Shown one piece after another: positions 52,510-64,000 of a stretch of DNA of 64,000 bases. The translations under genes were made by a program, and so were the position numbers. The notes beneath the pieces were generated by a model. It did not search any database. It was not told the DNA's origin and saw only the letters and a program-made list of their open reading frames with translations. Source of the stretch: Octopus sinensis (taxonomy: Eukaryota); NCBI RefSeq assembly GCF_006345805.1, contig NC_042997.1, positions 6,386,001 to 6,450,000 of the forward strand, read 5' to 3'. How positions within the stretch are numbered: position 1 is the first letter of the stretch; each line of letters begins with the position of its first letter.

Positions 52510-54112
52510 TCAACTATTTTCAAACAAGATGATGGTCGTTAATCCCCTCCATTTGATAGATCGGTACCTCCAATGCTTCGATTGGTCATCACGCGGGACG
52601 AAGTGGAACGCGTTATTCAAGGCCTCGATGTCAACAAGGGTCACGGCCCTGACTGCATACACCCACGGGTTATCAAAGCGTTGGCTCCGGTCATCTGCGA
52701 GCCTTTAACACGTCTATTCAATATGTCATTGGCGACGGTTGTTATAACTGCGGACTGGAGAACAGCGATATTCTGCCCAATTTTCACGAAAGGGAGCCGC
52801 GAGGACCCGCTTAGCTCCCGACCGGTTTCCCTTACTTCAATAATCAGCAAGATGTTCGAAACCATCCTTAAGAAAAGTATGATGCTCCACCTCCAAAACA
52901 CAGCATCTATCTCTGATTCCCAAAACGGCTTCGTGCCAAAGAGAGGTACTTGGTTTGACCAACTTACTGGTAATGGAAGAATTGGTGACGCGCATCCTCG
53001 ATGATGGTGATGCTGTTGACATCGTTTTATTGGACTTTGCCAAAGCTTTTGACTCGGTAAACCAACGCCTATTACTTGTCAAGATTCAAGCATATAGTTT
53101 CCCTCCGGATATTGTACGATGGGTTGGTGCCTTCCTCTCAGATCGCTCCTTCCAAGTCCAAGTTAATGGTTCGCTGTCCGACGTCTCCAATGCGAGCAGT
53201 GGCGTGCCTCAAGGTTCAGTGCTTGGGCCCTTATTGTTCTTAGTCTTCATAAATGACTTACCCGACGACCTCACGCAACGCACCCTTCTATTTGCCGATG
53301 ATGTCAAACTGGTCGCTCCTCGCGGTGATATAGAGGATCTTCGTCGATGCCTCCACCAAATTTGGAGATGGTCTAACGAATGGGACCTCTTTCTGAACGT
53401 GTCAAAGTGCTGTCATCTGCCTGTTGGCTCTTCTCCTGCAAATCTTGGTGGATTCTTCCTTTTGGCCTTCGGCTCAGTGCGTCCATGCTGCCAACAATGC
53501 ACGCGGAGTTCTGTTCTTCATTCGACGGTCATTCGGAATGCTCACAGCAGCCATATTCCTACCGCTCTATGTCACGCTGGTGAGAATCATATTGGAGTAT
53601 GGGATTCAAGCCTCTTCTCCTTATCTCCTCAAAGACATACAGGATCTCGAAATAGTCCAGAAGCTGGCCACCCGCATGGTTCTTGGACTCAAGCATTTGT
53701 CTTATGAAGAAAGGCTGAAGACGCTCGACCTTTATTCTCTAGAAAAACGACGACGCCGTGGAGATCTCATTCTTACTCACAACATCATAAGCGGAAAGTT
53801 TAAGCTCTCGAAAGAGCTGTTCTTCACTCCTGCTCCAGAGCGTCGGCTGCGGGGTCACTGCGAAAAGCTCTATCTGCGACGATTTCATCTCAATCGAAGG
53901 AGAGGGGCTTTCTCCGTCCGGGTTGCGGATCCGTGGAATAAGCTGCCGGACGAGATAGTGAAGATGCCGACGACCGCTCGGTTCAAAGTCTCCCTTGACC
54001 ACAAGTGGCCTGAACTCTTTACATGAACACCATCCTGTACATAACTCCATGTCCCCCTACATGGCCTTGCTTTTGGAATTTTGAGCCCCAAAATTATTTA
54101 ACTAACTAACAA
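52510..54112 (+). mobile_element. CR1-clade LINE, 5'-truncated, with a nearly complete RT domain and two frameshifts
   Basis: ORFs 52573..53004, 52955..53707 and 53424..54026: KGHGPDCIHP, RPVSLTS, LDFAKAFDSV, SGVPQGSVLGPLLF, LFADDVKL, YEERLKTLDLYSLEKRRRRGDLI, FSVRVADPWNKLP; (CTAA)n tail. Confidence 0.95.
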
Positions 54113-54228
54113 CCAAAGTTCCTCCAAAGTTACTTTATGAGGGATGTAGGACACCAAAAGTAGAGCGTATCCAGTGACATAATATATATATTACGTATCT
54201 ATACATATATAGATATACGTATATACAT

Positions 54229-54302
<74 letters not shown>

Positions 54303-54749
54303 ATATATATATATATACATGCATATATATATGTGTGAGTGTCAGTGTATGTATAAGTGTGTATGTGTAGTATACACAAATTTTGTACACGTTCGACTAT
54401 TCTCCGGAGACATTTGAACCCATTACAATATCATTCACTCTATTTTTCAAGAAAATTCTCATTGTAGACATTACGTACTATAGACCGAGTCAATTCGAGG
54501 AACCATGAGATGGATAGCTGTATTTCTAAGTACTTATTTCCATCTCACCATAACTCACCTGTAAGAGAAACGCTACCAAGTGACATGATGTGGTTATCTC
54601 GTACTATATTCCACTCACTGTACACTGACTGGTTGTGTTAACCGGTGGCTCGCTGTAAATAAAATGCCGAAAATAAGCACTAAGCAGCGACATGTATAAA
54701 TAGAAAAAAAGCAATTGTCTGTATTTTGTGGCCAGATCCGTGATATCGT

Positions 54750-54992
54750 GGAAGCGCGTGTTGTTGTGGTTAGAATGTTTGACTCATAGTCGTAAGCTTG
54801 TTGTTTCGATACCTGACCCTAGCAACGTGTGGTGTTCTTGTGCAAAACACTTCAGTTCACGATACTTCAGTTCAGTCATATTAAAAATCAGTAATCCTAC
54901 AACGGACCAGCGTTAGGGACTATATACCTGATGGGAACGGGAAAACCGGCCCTATGAGCCTATATGTCGCGGGAAAGGACTTTACTTTTTCT
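54750..54992 (+). mobile_element. Diverged tRNA-derived SINE (18346 family)
   Basis: gtggaagcgcgtg...gtggttagaatg...gtttcgatacc...gcaaaacacttca...aaaaccggccctatgagcc. Confidence 0.7.
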
Positions 54993-56426
54993 ATTTATTT
55001 AGTGATACACTCATGAAATATCTTATCCTCAATTATGTGAATTACAATTTTACAAACTGACTGTAACTCCGGTACCGCAATGTCCACTGCATATAATATT
55101 CTCATTTCCATTATTTTGTGTGTCCAGATTGCAATCAAGCGCTTAATTGATTGCAGCATTGAACTGGATGTTTTCTTTAGTTGTCCTTCATATTGCATTC
55201 ACATCTTTCTGTACTTCCACCTTACCGTATCCATACGCGCACGCGCACACACATACACACTCACAAACAACGACTTACATTCATACATACATACACACAC
55301 ACATATATATACACATATATATGCATATGCCTATATATATATATAGTTACATATACGCCTGTATGTATGTGTACAGATATATTTATATATGTTAGTACAT
55401 ACATATATACATATATACATACATACATACATACATACATACTTATATACATACATATGTATATATGAAGAATAAAAATACATGAATATATTGTGTTGAA
55501 AAACAGTTCCCTCATATCCGGCGATCAAAGTAGAATATAATACGAAATTATATATCGAATAAGATTATTATTTCTTTATCGTCCTTTCCTTTCCATTGTA
55601 TTCGACCGGTATATTTATGTGTTGATGTTGTTTTCATCGAAACATCTTAAATACGCAGTTAAAGAAGAAATAATCTAAGATATATGAAAAAGCAGCAACT
55701 TCAGCAACAACACCATTAACTGCACTATTGTTTCGATAAAAATACAAAATGTAATCTATTTTTTTATTGTTTCCATTCAATATTTTATTTTCGTTACTGG
55801 ACAACATATTTAGAGATATCAACCTTGCAGCAGAATATTCTGGGAACAAAACGAGATGAATTTTATGGTGCCAATTCATATTTCAACAATGACTAAAAAT
55901 TATTAGATAGGGTTTCATCGTTCTACAATGAAATATAACACAGTAGTAAAATAGAATGACAAGGAAAAAATTGATGTATAACAAACTTAAGAATAGAACC
56001 ACACGTATTAAATCTTATAAGTACAAAGAGATAGTTGCGCTACATAATCACAATAGTATAAATAAATATATGTGCGTGTGTATATCTGTATACGTACATA
56101 CCTATAACCCTATTTACATACACATATGTGTATGTCTGTGTACGTGTGAGAGAGAGACAGAGAGAGTTGTCTGTGTAGCAGGCTTTTTGTGCATATTCGT
56201 ATCCTTTGAGGACAGAAGTATATAGAAAGAGACACTAGTATACACATATTTTGAGAGATAGACAGAGAAAATTGGAGTGAAAGACAAGGAGAAATAAAGT
56301 ATGGATTAGCAATCTTTTAGGTCTCAAGAATTCCAAGTATGAAGCCAGTTAAGTTAAAGTACTATTTAGGAAACGTTATCTACACATTCACATGCTCACA
56401 TACACATGCAGACTGGTTACCACACA

Positions 56427-56482
<56 letters not shown>

Positions 56483-56494
56483 GTAATAATAATA

Positions 56495-56543
<49 letters not shown>

Positions 56544-56625
56544 TTAATAATAATAATAATAATAATAATTATTATTATTATTATTATCATTTTATTATTA
56601 TTATTAATAATATAATTATTATTTC
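56427..56625. repeat. (CTA)n-(AAT)n-(ATT)n compound microsatellite
   Basis: Direct reading. Confidence 0.95.
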
Positions 56626-56639
56626 TACGATAAGTGCAA

Positions 56640-56810
56640 ATTCTGAAATTCGGAGACAGGGTACTTGTCGATTTTATCGACCCCAGTGTTTTCCTGGTAT
56701 TTAATGTATCGACCCCAAAAAGATGAAAGGTAAGGTCGCGCTCAGTGGAATTTGAACTTAGAACATATTGACGGGCAAAATACCACTAAGCATTTCATCC
56801 TGTGCAATAA
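56640..56810 (-). mobile_element. SINE fragment
   Basis: gtcgattttatcgaccccagtg...aaagatgaaaggtaaggtcgcgctcagtggaatttgaact. Confidence 0.75.
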
Positions 56811-57355
56811 CAACAACAACAAAAGCAAAAATAATAATAATAACAAAGTAGACAGCTGCTGGACGTGTTCTTCGGTGCTCCGACCTGTCAGCAACCGAAG
56901 ACACTGAAGCACCAATACAATCGAGCAGGATAACGGAAAAATAACTCTCAAAGATTGGAATGTCTACAACTTCTGTCAGTTCCTATACTTTCTCCCTGTG
57001 CATTGGAAACTGTTAACATTTTTTATTCGAAGAAAACTACAGTTTTCTCTGTTTGGAGAATTTTAAAACTATAACAGCTATTATTTTAAAACTGTAGTAT
57101 TTACAATTTTCTGTGAAAATTTTATTTTCCTTTTTTCCTGGACTCCTCGAATATGTAAACAAGACTTTTATTGCAACAGCACAATTCAATGCACGATAAA
57201 AAAGAAAATAAGCAGTTAAGCAGCTGCCAATATATACAATTGCACAATTACAAAAAAATATACTGCACAATTACAAAAATTCTAAACCACAGCAAAACTT
57301 ATAAAAAAATTCAGAAATTCAGAAATTCAGAAATTCAAAAGTTCAAAGGGGGGAA

Positions 57356-57422
<67 letters not shown>

Positions 57423-57509
57423 TAAGTAATTGAGATTCTAGTGAATTCTAAAGAATTAACATGAATATGGTCCTTAACTAGGATGCACCGGATATCTATA
57501 TGGTGTTAA

Positions 57510-58493
57510 CCATACGACAAGTGGGGTGATTTAGCTAGGAAAACATTTATTGAATTTGAGGGAAAATTATGGACCAGAGCTGATACCCCTAACTTTTTCG
57601 ATATTCCTATGGGCTCAAGTGATTCGGCTGAGGTAACCAATTTATTAGGAGCATATCTACTGAAATGCATTAATAAAGAGATCCCTGAATTGCAAGGTGG
57701 TCTATATAGAGATGATGCTTTGTTTGTTGTAAATACCAATAATAAATCACACATAGAAAGAATTAAAAAGAAGATTAATAGGTTCTTTAAAGATTTCAAC
57801 CTTAGCATAACCTATGAACCAAACATTAAAATAGCTAATTTTCTAGATATTACTTTAGACCTTAACTCCAAACTACATTATCCATTTAGAAAGGAAGGGG
57901 AAATCACTAGTTACGTAAATAAATTATCTAATCATCCCCCAAATATAATAAATTCCTTAGTTAGAAATATTTCCATAAGAATATCCAAATTATCATCTAA
58001 TTTTAATATATTTAACTCACACTCAGGACATTACAATGAGGCGTTATCTAGAGCAGGATATAACCAGAAAATTACTTTTGAAGATACGGAAAAACTAGGA
58101 ACTCATCATAATAATTTAAGTAAATTAAACAGCAATAACCACATAAATAACAAAAATGATCAAGTCGAAAAGATACATAGATGTGGATCTAATACAACAT
58201 CTAATCGTAATGATAAGTATAAGGATAAATACATAGACCATAACACAGATAGCCCTGATAAGGCAACCTTAAATAAAATTAAAATTAAGAAACACACTAT
58301 TAGTAACATAGACAACAACAATGACCATACCGGAAAGGATAGTAGAAATAGATTTACAACGGCAAAGTACCCTAATGATATTAAGAATATTAATAAAAAC
58401 ATAACAGAGAATACTTATAATAAGGGTAAAATAAACTTGGATAAAACTAGCAAACATGCTAACAGGAACATTAATAAATACAAAAAAATCTGA
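57510..58493 (+). pseudogene. PLE ORF, part 1 (reverse transcriptase C-terminal half)
   Basis: The frame is open from 57510 (ARKTFIEFEGKLWTRADTPNFFDIPMG...) and ends just after an A7 run at 58482-88. Confidence 0.85.
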
Positions 58494-59838
58494 TGATGGG
58501 ACGATTAATTCTAATAACCCTAACTCTAGTGGGAAAAATTCTAGCAGCCCTAACTCTAATTCTAAGAAATTTAATAAGAAAGACATAATATGGCTAAACA
58601 TCCCTTTTAACTGTGCGGTTTCATCAGATATTCAGGGTAGATTCAAAACAATTCTAGAAAATAATTTCCCATCCTCTCATAGATATCATAAAATTATTTC
58701 TAAAAAAACAGTCAGAATTTCTTATTCAACTCTCCCAAACATGTCCACTTTAATAGCTAAGATCAATAATAATAACATAAAACTAGCCAGAAATAATTTA
58801 ATAAATAAAAATAAAAATACAACGGAAAATTGTAATAACAGTACGAAAAGTAATAATTGCAACAATAATAATAATAATAACAATAATGAATGTCATAAAA
58901 TAAATATAACCAAAAGCCATGGAATTGTTAATAACAATAACAACATAAATAGGAATGATTATGTTAGTAATAGGAATAATACCATGAATGTAAGTACAGT
59001 GAATGAGAGTAACAACATTATCAGCAACAACACTACACATCTGGAAAACAATATCGACAACAATACTAATAGCATCTACAATATCAGCAATGATAGTAGA
59101 GTTATAGAACCAAACGATAGTGTAGGAATACCGACAAATGATAATACTACTTTAGAAGATAACATCAACTGCAATAATGATAACATTATATTAGATAGCA
59201 GCACCAATAATAATAATAATAATGAAAGTAGGGCTTTAGAACCAAATGAAAATGTAGGAATACCTATAAATGATAATACTGTTTTAGATAATAATATTAA
59301 CTACAATATTGATAGAGTTTTTTTAGATAATAGCAATAATCAAAATCATGATAAATTTACCCGCTCTGCTTCGAGCAACAATAATATAAGACTTCTATCC
59401 TCAAGGTATTCCACCTCTAATTATAATGCCCCTAGATGTAACTGCAGAATTAAATCAAAATGCCCGGCCCCTGATTTATGCGGGTTAATTAACATAATCT
59501 ATAAGTGCTCCGTAACCACAGATAATAATTTCTCTTATGTTGGATGCACTGTAAATTTTAAACAGAGATTGAATAACCATCTCTCATCTTTTAGATTACG
59601 TCATAAGGCTGATAGCACCACTCTTTCTAGTAAAATTTGTGAACTAAAAAACAATAATATCAAATATAACCTTAATTGGGAATTAGTCAGAAGAGCAAAA
59701 CCCTATAAAAATAGCAGAGTAGGCTGCCAACTTTGCTCCATGGAAGCATTTGAAATACTAATGTATAAAACTAATGGAGAAATTCAATTAAACAGCAGAA
59801 TTGAACTTGGAATAATCTTGTATACATGCTCGGTTTAA
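58456..59838 (+). pseudogene. PLE ORF, part 2 (thumb, Asn-rich insertion, GIY-YIG endonuclease)
   Basis: This ORF is in the +1 frame relative to part 1; removing one base near the A7 run would fuse the two. Confidence 0.85.
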
Positions 59839-61135
59839 GACTCTTAAATATTTTAAATGATATTTTAAATCATATCTCAATTGATAACTGTATACTGGAA
59901 TCATTTTACATAAAATTCATTTTGACTTACATATCACTCCTACATAGTATATTATATATTTAACTGGAAAGATAAGTTCTAACTAGCTATGATTATAATC
60001 TTTTCTCTCTCTGATGGTACTATTTAATACTTATTGACTTAAATTATTTGATTTATTTATATTGGACCATATTATTAATAAATTAAATTTTGCTCTATTT
60101 TTATCTCCATTTCTTAGTCTATCTTTTATCCCATTACAAATATTAGTTAGTTAATTCTCTTAATTTCTTTTAACTTTAAAAATTAATTCTGCTAATACCA
60201 GACCTATCGTAGTGTATTGTGATGTGATATAATATATCAAAGTAATATAATATAATATAGTGTAGTGTATTATAGTTTAGTATAATAATAATATAATTGC
60301 TTAATTTCATTTAAAAACATTATGTATGTATTATAGTTTAGTATAATAATTATAATAGTTTAATTTCATTTAAAAACAACCCCATTTTTCTTTCCTTTCT
60401 ATTGACCTCTTTGTAACCTGACAATCTATTAATAGTAACATTTATAAATAAATAAATAAATTGTTGACCTCAGTTCGAATTTGTTCCAAACAAACTTAGT
60501 CTTTTTTGTTAGTATCAAATTGTGCCCATCCCCTTAGCTTCCCCTTTCCTTTCTCTTTGACAGCTTAAGTAGCAGTAACTGATTAAATTCCTTCTGCCTT
60601 CCTCCTCTTTCTGTGATTCTTGAAAATTTCATTAACTACATGAACCACTACAATATAAGACTGTCATTTTTGCTTCTCATTCGGACTCCCTGATATTTTC
60701 GCATGATTGTACCCTAAATCTCTCCACAAAACTGGATTACGAACTATAAGGACATACACAAATTTTGTAAGTTCAAGACTTTTTCATCGGATCTCCAAAA
60801 AATCGAACTTATCTGCGATTCTTGTAAATTTCAATAACAATCTGTTCCTCTACACGATATGACAGTCACTATGTTTTTACTCAGACTTTCCTCTACATAA
60901 TGTGGCAGTCACTTTGCCTCTTACTCGGATTTTCAGAAATTTTGCATGACTGTATCCGAAAATTTTTTCATACAACTTGATCAAATATTCAATATGAGCT
61001 ATATGTAGACATGCATAAATTCTATAGGTTTAAAACCTTTCATCGGATCTCCATGAATCGAACTTTCTTCAATGCAGTTAACCTTACAACCTCTTTTGTA
61101 TCTACCCCTTTTGATGTTTGGGAATTCTGATATTT

Positions 61136-61223
61136 TTTCGGCTGACGAGCACGAGCCATCTGTATTCACTGCATTTTTTGTAGCTTATTAAAGATGTCCT
61201 CGTACGAAACGATCGTACCGAGA
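61136..61223 (+). ncRNA. Type I hammerhead ribozyme of the PLE 3' repeat
   Basis: Stem I TTTCGG/CCGAGA, core CTGACGA (61142-48), stem II GCACGAG/CTCGTAC extended by CATCT/AGATG, GAAA (61206-09), stem III AC-GATC-GT with a palindromic loop, predicted cleavage after GTA at 61217. Confidence 0.88.
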
Positions 61224-61554
61224 TTTTAATCCATTCTTGTTGCTTTTTTCCTTTATAATATATATAATATATATATATATAATATATATATATATAATTT
61301 TTTTTCTATCAGTAAGTGAAAATAGATCAAAGTGAATTGGTGCTTTTCAAGGCCAAGATCAGCGCTCTCATTCATTGCTATTACAAGGAGTCATATGAAT
61401 CCTAGGTTGAGGTCACTTTGTCTACTTATCACACAGGAAAACCCATTACTGATATCCTCACAACCTGCCGAATCTATTTCACCAACCTATTTCTCTTCCG
61501 GCTACTATTCCCTTAAACCCTCTCATAGTTATGATTATCTCAAGTACAAGTTCA

Positions 61555-61635
61555 AATTACACTGAGCGCGACCTTACATTTCATCTTTTTGGGGGCGATA
61601 CATTAAATACCAGGAAAACACTGGGGTCGATTTAA
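61555..61635 (+). mobile_element. SINE fragment
   Basis: aagttcaaattacactgagcgcgacctt...ttcatc...ctggggtcgattt; reverse complement of part of 56640-56810. Confidence 0.65.
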
Positions 61636-61764
61636 TAATAAATGGAAATGATAATAAAGTCGGATCAGGGGAAATATTAACAATGACAAATAGTGAAAAC
61701 GAATCAATGAAAATAATATTGATAATAATAATAAGAAAAGAAGCGGTTGGAACCTCCTTATGCT

Positions 61765-62853
61765 CTCAATGATGGTACAAGTAGTGATAGCGTCGCAATA
61801 AATTATTGGTAATTGCACAAACTGATAGTCGCTACCTCATATGAGTGACAATGAAAAAAATATTGTGAATAACGGTAGTCATGAACCTGAAGCCCTTCAC
61901 AGTTACAGTGTTGCACCTGCCAGGCTTAGATATACTGGTCCAAATTCAACATGTCGTTATCCAGCAAAGGACTAACATACATGGCATAGATGGAACAGAC
62001 AAGTCAATACTGTGGTCATGGAATGTTACTATTTGAGCAAACCCGTACAGGAAAGTTGTATTAATCTTAGGGGATAGCGACAACGTATGTCTGATCAACG
62101 GAGAGAAAGAGGATTCAGTTCTATATTTAGGAGACGCTGAATTATGAACATTATTTACATTTGACGGTTATTTGTCCTGATATGGCATAGGCGTTAAGTG
62201 CACATGCCACTAACCCCCAGATTCCGAGGCATTTACCTGAATAATAATAAGAAGAAGAAGGAATATATTCACAGACATGACAGAGTTGGAACCTACATAC
62301 ACTGGAAGCTATGCCAACATTATGGAATAACAACAGAAAAAAGGTGGTATAGGCACACACCAGAAAAGGTCACAGAAAACGAGAAAGCAACCATACTCTG
62401 GGATATGCCGATACACACAGATAGAGAAATTAAAGCCAACAGACCAGATATAGTTGTCAGAGATAATGAAGAAACAAAATGCTTTCTAATTGATGTATCA
62501 ATACCGGCAGATGACAACGTATCTCTAAAAGAAATGGAGAAACTTTCAAAATACGAAGACCTGGAAATAGAGGTAACCAGAATGTGGAATCTAAAAACAG
62601 AAACAATTCCTCTCATAGTAGGTGCATTAGGCATGATAAAAAAAATATTCAGACAAATACATAACAAAAACACCAGGACTTACAAACACATATAACATAC
62701 AGAAAATTGCACTATTAGGCACTGCACACATCCTACGCAGAACACTTTCCATACAATAACAATCAGAGCATCACAACAAATCACAGCACAAACCCAAGGC
62801 ACACAGAGCTGCGCTCGGTAGTGAAGTGAAAGCACGCTATATAAATAAAATTA

Positions 62854-62860
<7 letters not shown>
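61765..62860 (+). mobile_element. R4/Dong-clade non-LTR element remnants (5' end and RLE-endonuclease 3' end) in (TAA)n
   Basis: The 5' part gives W..VNTVVMECYYLSKP...RG*RQRM, the N-terminal motif of Dong/R4 ORFs. The 3' part (62198..62695) has EYIHRHDRV, ILWDMPIHTD...NRPDIVV...LIDVSIP...EKLSKY, IPLIVGALG (RLE domain). (AAT)n lies on both sides. Confidence 0.8.
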
Positions 62861-62913
<53 letters not shown>

Positions 62914-62970
62914 AAGAAGAAGAAGAAGAAAAGAGAACAAGAAGAAGAAGAAGAAGAAGAGAAGAAGAAG
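62858..62970. repeat. (AAT)n then (GAA)n microsatellite
   Basis: Direct reading. Confidence 0.95.
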
Positions 62971-63224
62971 GGAAGTGGATTTTAAATACATTTAGGCTTA
63001 TATTTGATGACTTTGGTGATACTATGGCAGCGTAGGTTCAAAAGGGAGAAAGAAGATACGCTGGACATCGACAGATGTATTAGTAATAGAGGGAGCTTAT
63101 TTTGGTAGTGATTATGTGGAAGCAATGATAGTGGTAGAGAAAGAATAAAGAGATGGTTGCAATAGACCTGAGGCGGGGATAGAAAAGTATTTGAGATTGG
63201 TCAATAAGAGAAAACGTAGCAGTG

Positions 63225-63885
63225 GAAGAAGTAGAAGGAGAAAAGAAGAAGGAGGAGAATAAGAAGAAGAAGAAGAAGAAGAGAAGAAGAAAAGAGAAAT
63301 GAAGAAGAAGAAGAAGAAGGAAAGAAGAAGAGGAAGAAGAAGAAGTGAGGAGAAGTAAAGAAGAAGAGAAGGAGAAGAAGAAGAAGGAAGAAGAAAGACA
63401 GAGAAGTAAGAGAGAAAAGAAGCAGAGAAGTAGAGGGAGAGAGTAGAGAAGAAGTAGGAGAAGGTAGAAGAAGTAGAGAAGGAGGAATGGAGAAGAAGAG
63501 AGAAAGAAGAAGAGAGAAGGAGATAGAATAGAGATAGGGAGAAGGCAGAAGAGAGCAAGATCAGGAGAAGAAGAAAGTGAAGGAGAAGAAGAAGGAGAAG
63601 AAGCAGGAGGAGAAGAAGCAGGAGAAGAAGCGAGGAGAAGAAGCAGGAGAAGTAAGGGGGAGGAGAAGAAGCAGCAAGAAGGAGAAGAAGAATAGAAAGG
63701 AGAGAGGAGGGAGAAGGAGAAGAAGAAGAAAGAAGAAGAGAAGAAGAAGAAGAAAAAGAAGAATAAAGAGGAGGAGAGGAAGTAGAAGGAGAGAGAAGAG
63801 AGAAGAAGAAAAAGAAGAAGAAGGAGGAGGAGAAGAAGAAGAAAAAGAAGAAGGAGAAGAAGAAGAAGAAGAAGAAGAAGAAGGA
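63225..63885. repeat. Degenerate (GAA/GGA)n polypurine tract
   Basis: About 660 bp that is almost entirely A/G on the plus strand. Confidence 0.95.
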
Positions 63886-64000
63886 CATTGAAAAATACCT
63901 TAGGAATGTGAACATAGGTTTGAAATTTCCCCAAGGCACCTGATAATGCCTGAAGGGTGTATCAGACGAAATGTTGGGTTAACAACAAACTAGATGAGGA

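Larger units (their letters stand above)
57420..61255 (+). mobile_element. Penelope-like element (PLE), 5'-truncated, with RT, GIY-YIG endonuclease and a 3' hammerhead, flanked by (TA)n
   Basis: RT motifs FFDIPMGSSDSAEVTNLLG, GGLYRDDAL, FLDITLDL, YVNKLSNHPPNI and IIWLNIPFN; endonuclease CNC..KCP, IIYKC...YVG...FKQRLNNH, CQLCSME, LNSRIEL; hammerhead about 30 nt from the 3' end. Confidence 0.9.

Noticed and set aside
63080-63939. Long 275-284 aa ORFs
   Set aside because: They are stop-free only because of the GAA-rich low-complexity tract.

Overview
AT-rich eukaryotic genomic DNA, almost certainly from an octopus or other coleoid cephalopod. This is inferred from the dense (TA)n/(CA)n microsatellites and the tRNA-derived SINE families, which I recognise as octopus-type. 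No host protein-coding gene could be identified with confidence, and most ORFs in the supplied track are microsatellite or antisense artefacts. The window is a transposon graveyard: several tRNA-derived SINE families, CR1/L2-group LINE fragments, an RTE fragment, an R4/Dong derivative, a decayed mariner, a Helitron fragment, four gag-like ORF1-only elements and a Penelope-like element (RT + GIY-YIG). The main discovery is a 3.46-kb array (37539-40996) of about 490-bp non-coding units. Each unit carries a type I hammerhead ribozyme with the full core (stem I ATTTCTTG/CAAGAAAT, CUGAAGA, stem II ATCCG/CGGAT, GAAA, palindromic stem III, GUA cleavage site). There are seven ribozymes, arranged as 2 minus-strand and 5 plus-strand copies head-to-head, inserted in a (TA)n tract with an apparent target-site duplication. 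This looks like a non-LTR retrozyme (circRNA-producing, non-autonomous retroelement) with an unusually large monomer. The Penelope-like element 16 kb away also sits in (TA)n and carries its own hammerhead (61136-61223), which makes it a plausible partner class. Several decayed minimal hammerheads are scattered through the window. All folds were paired by eye; nothing was computed or searched.
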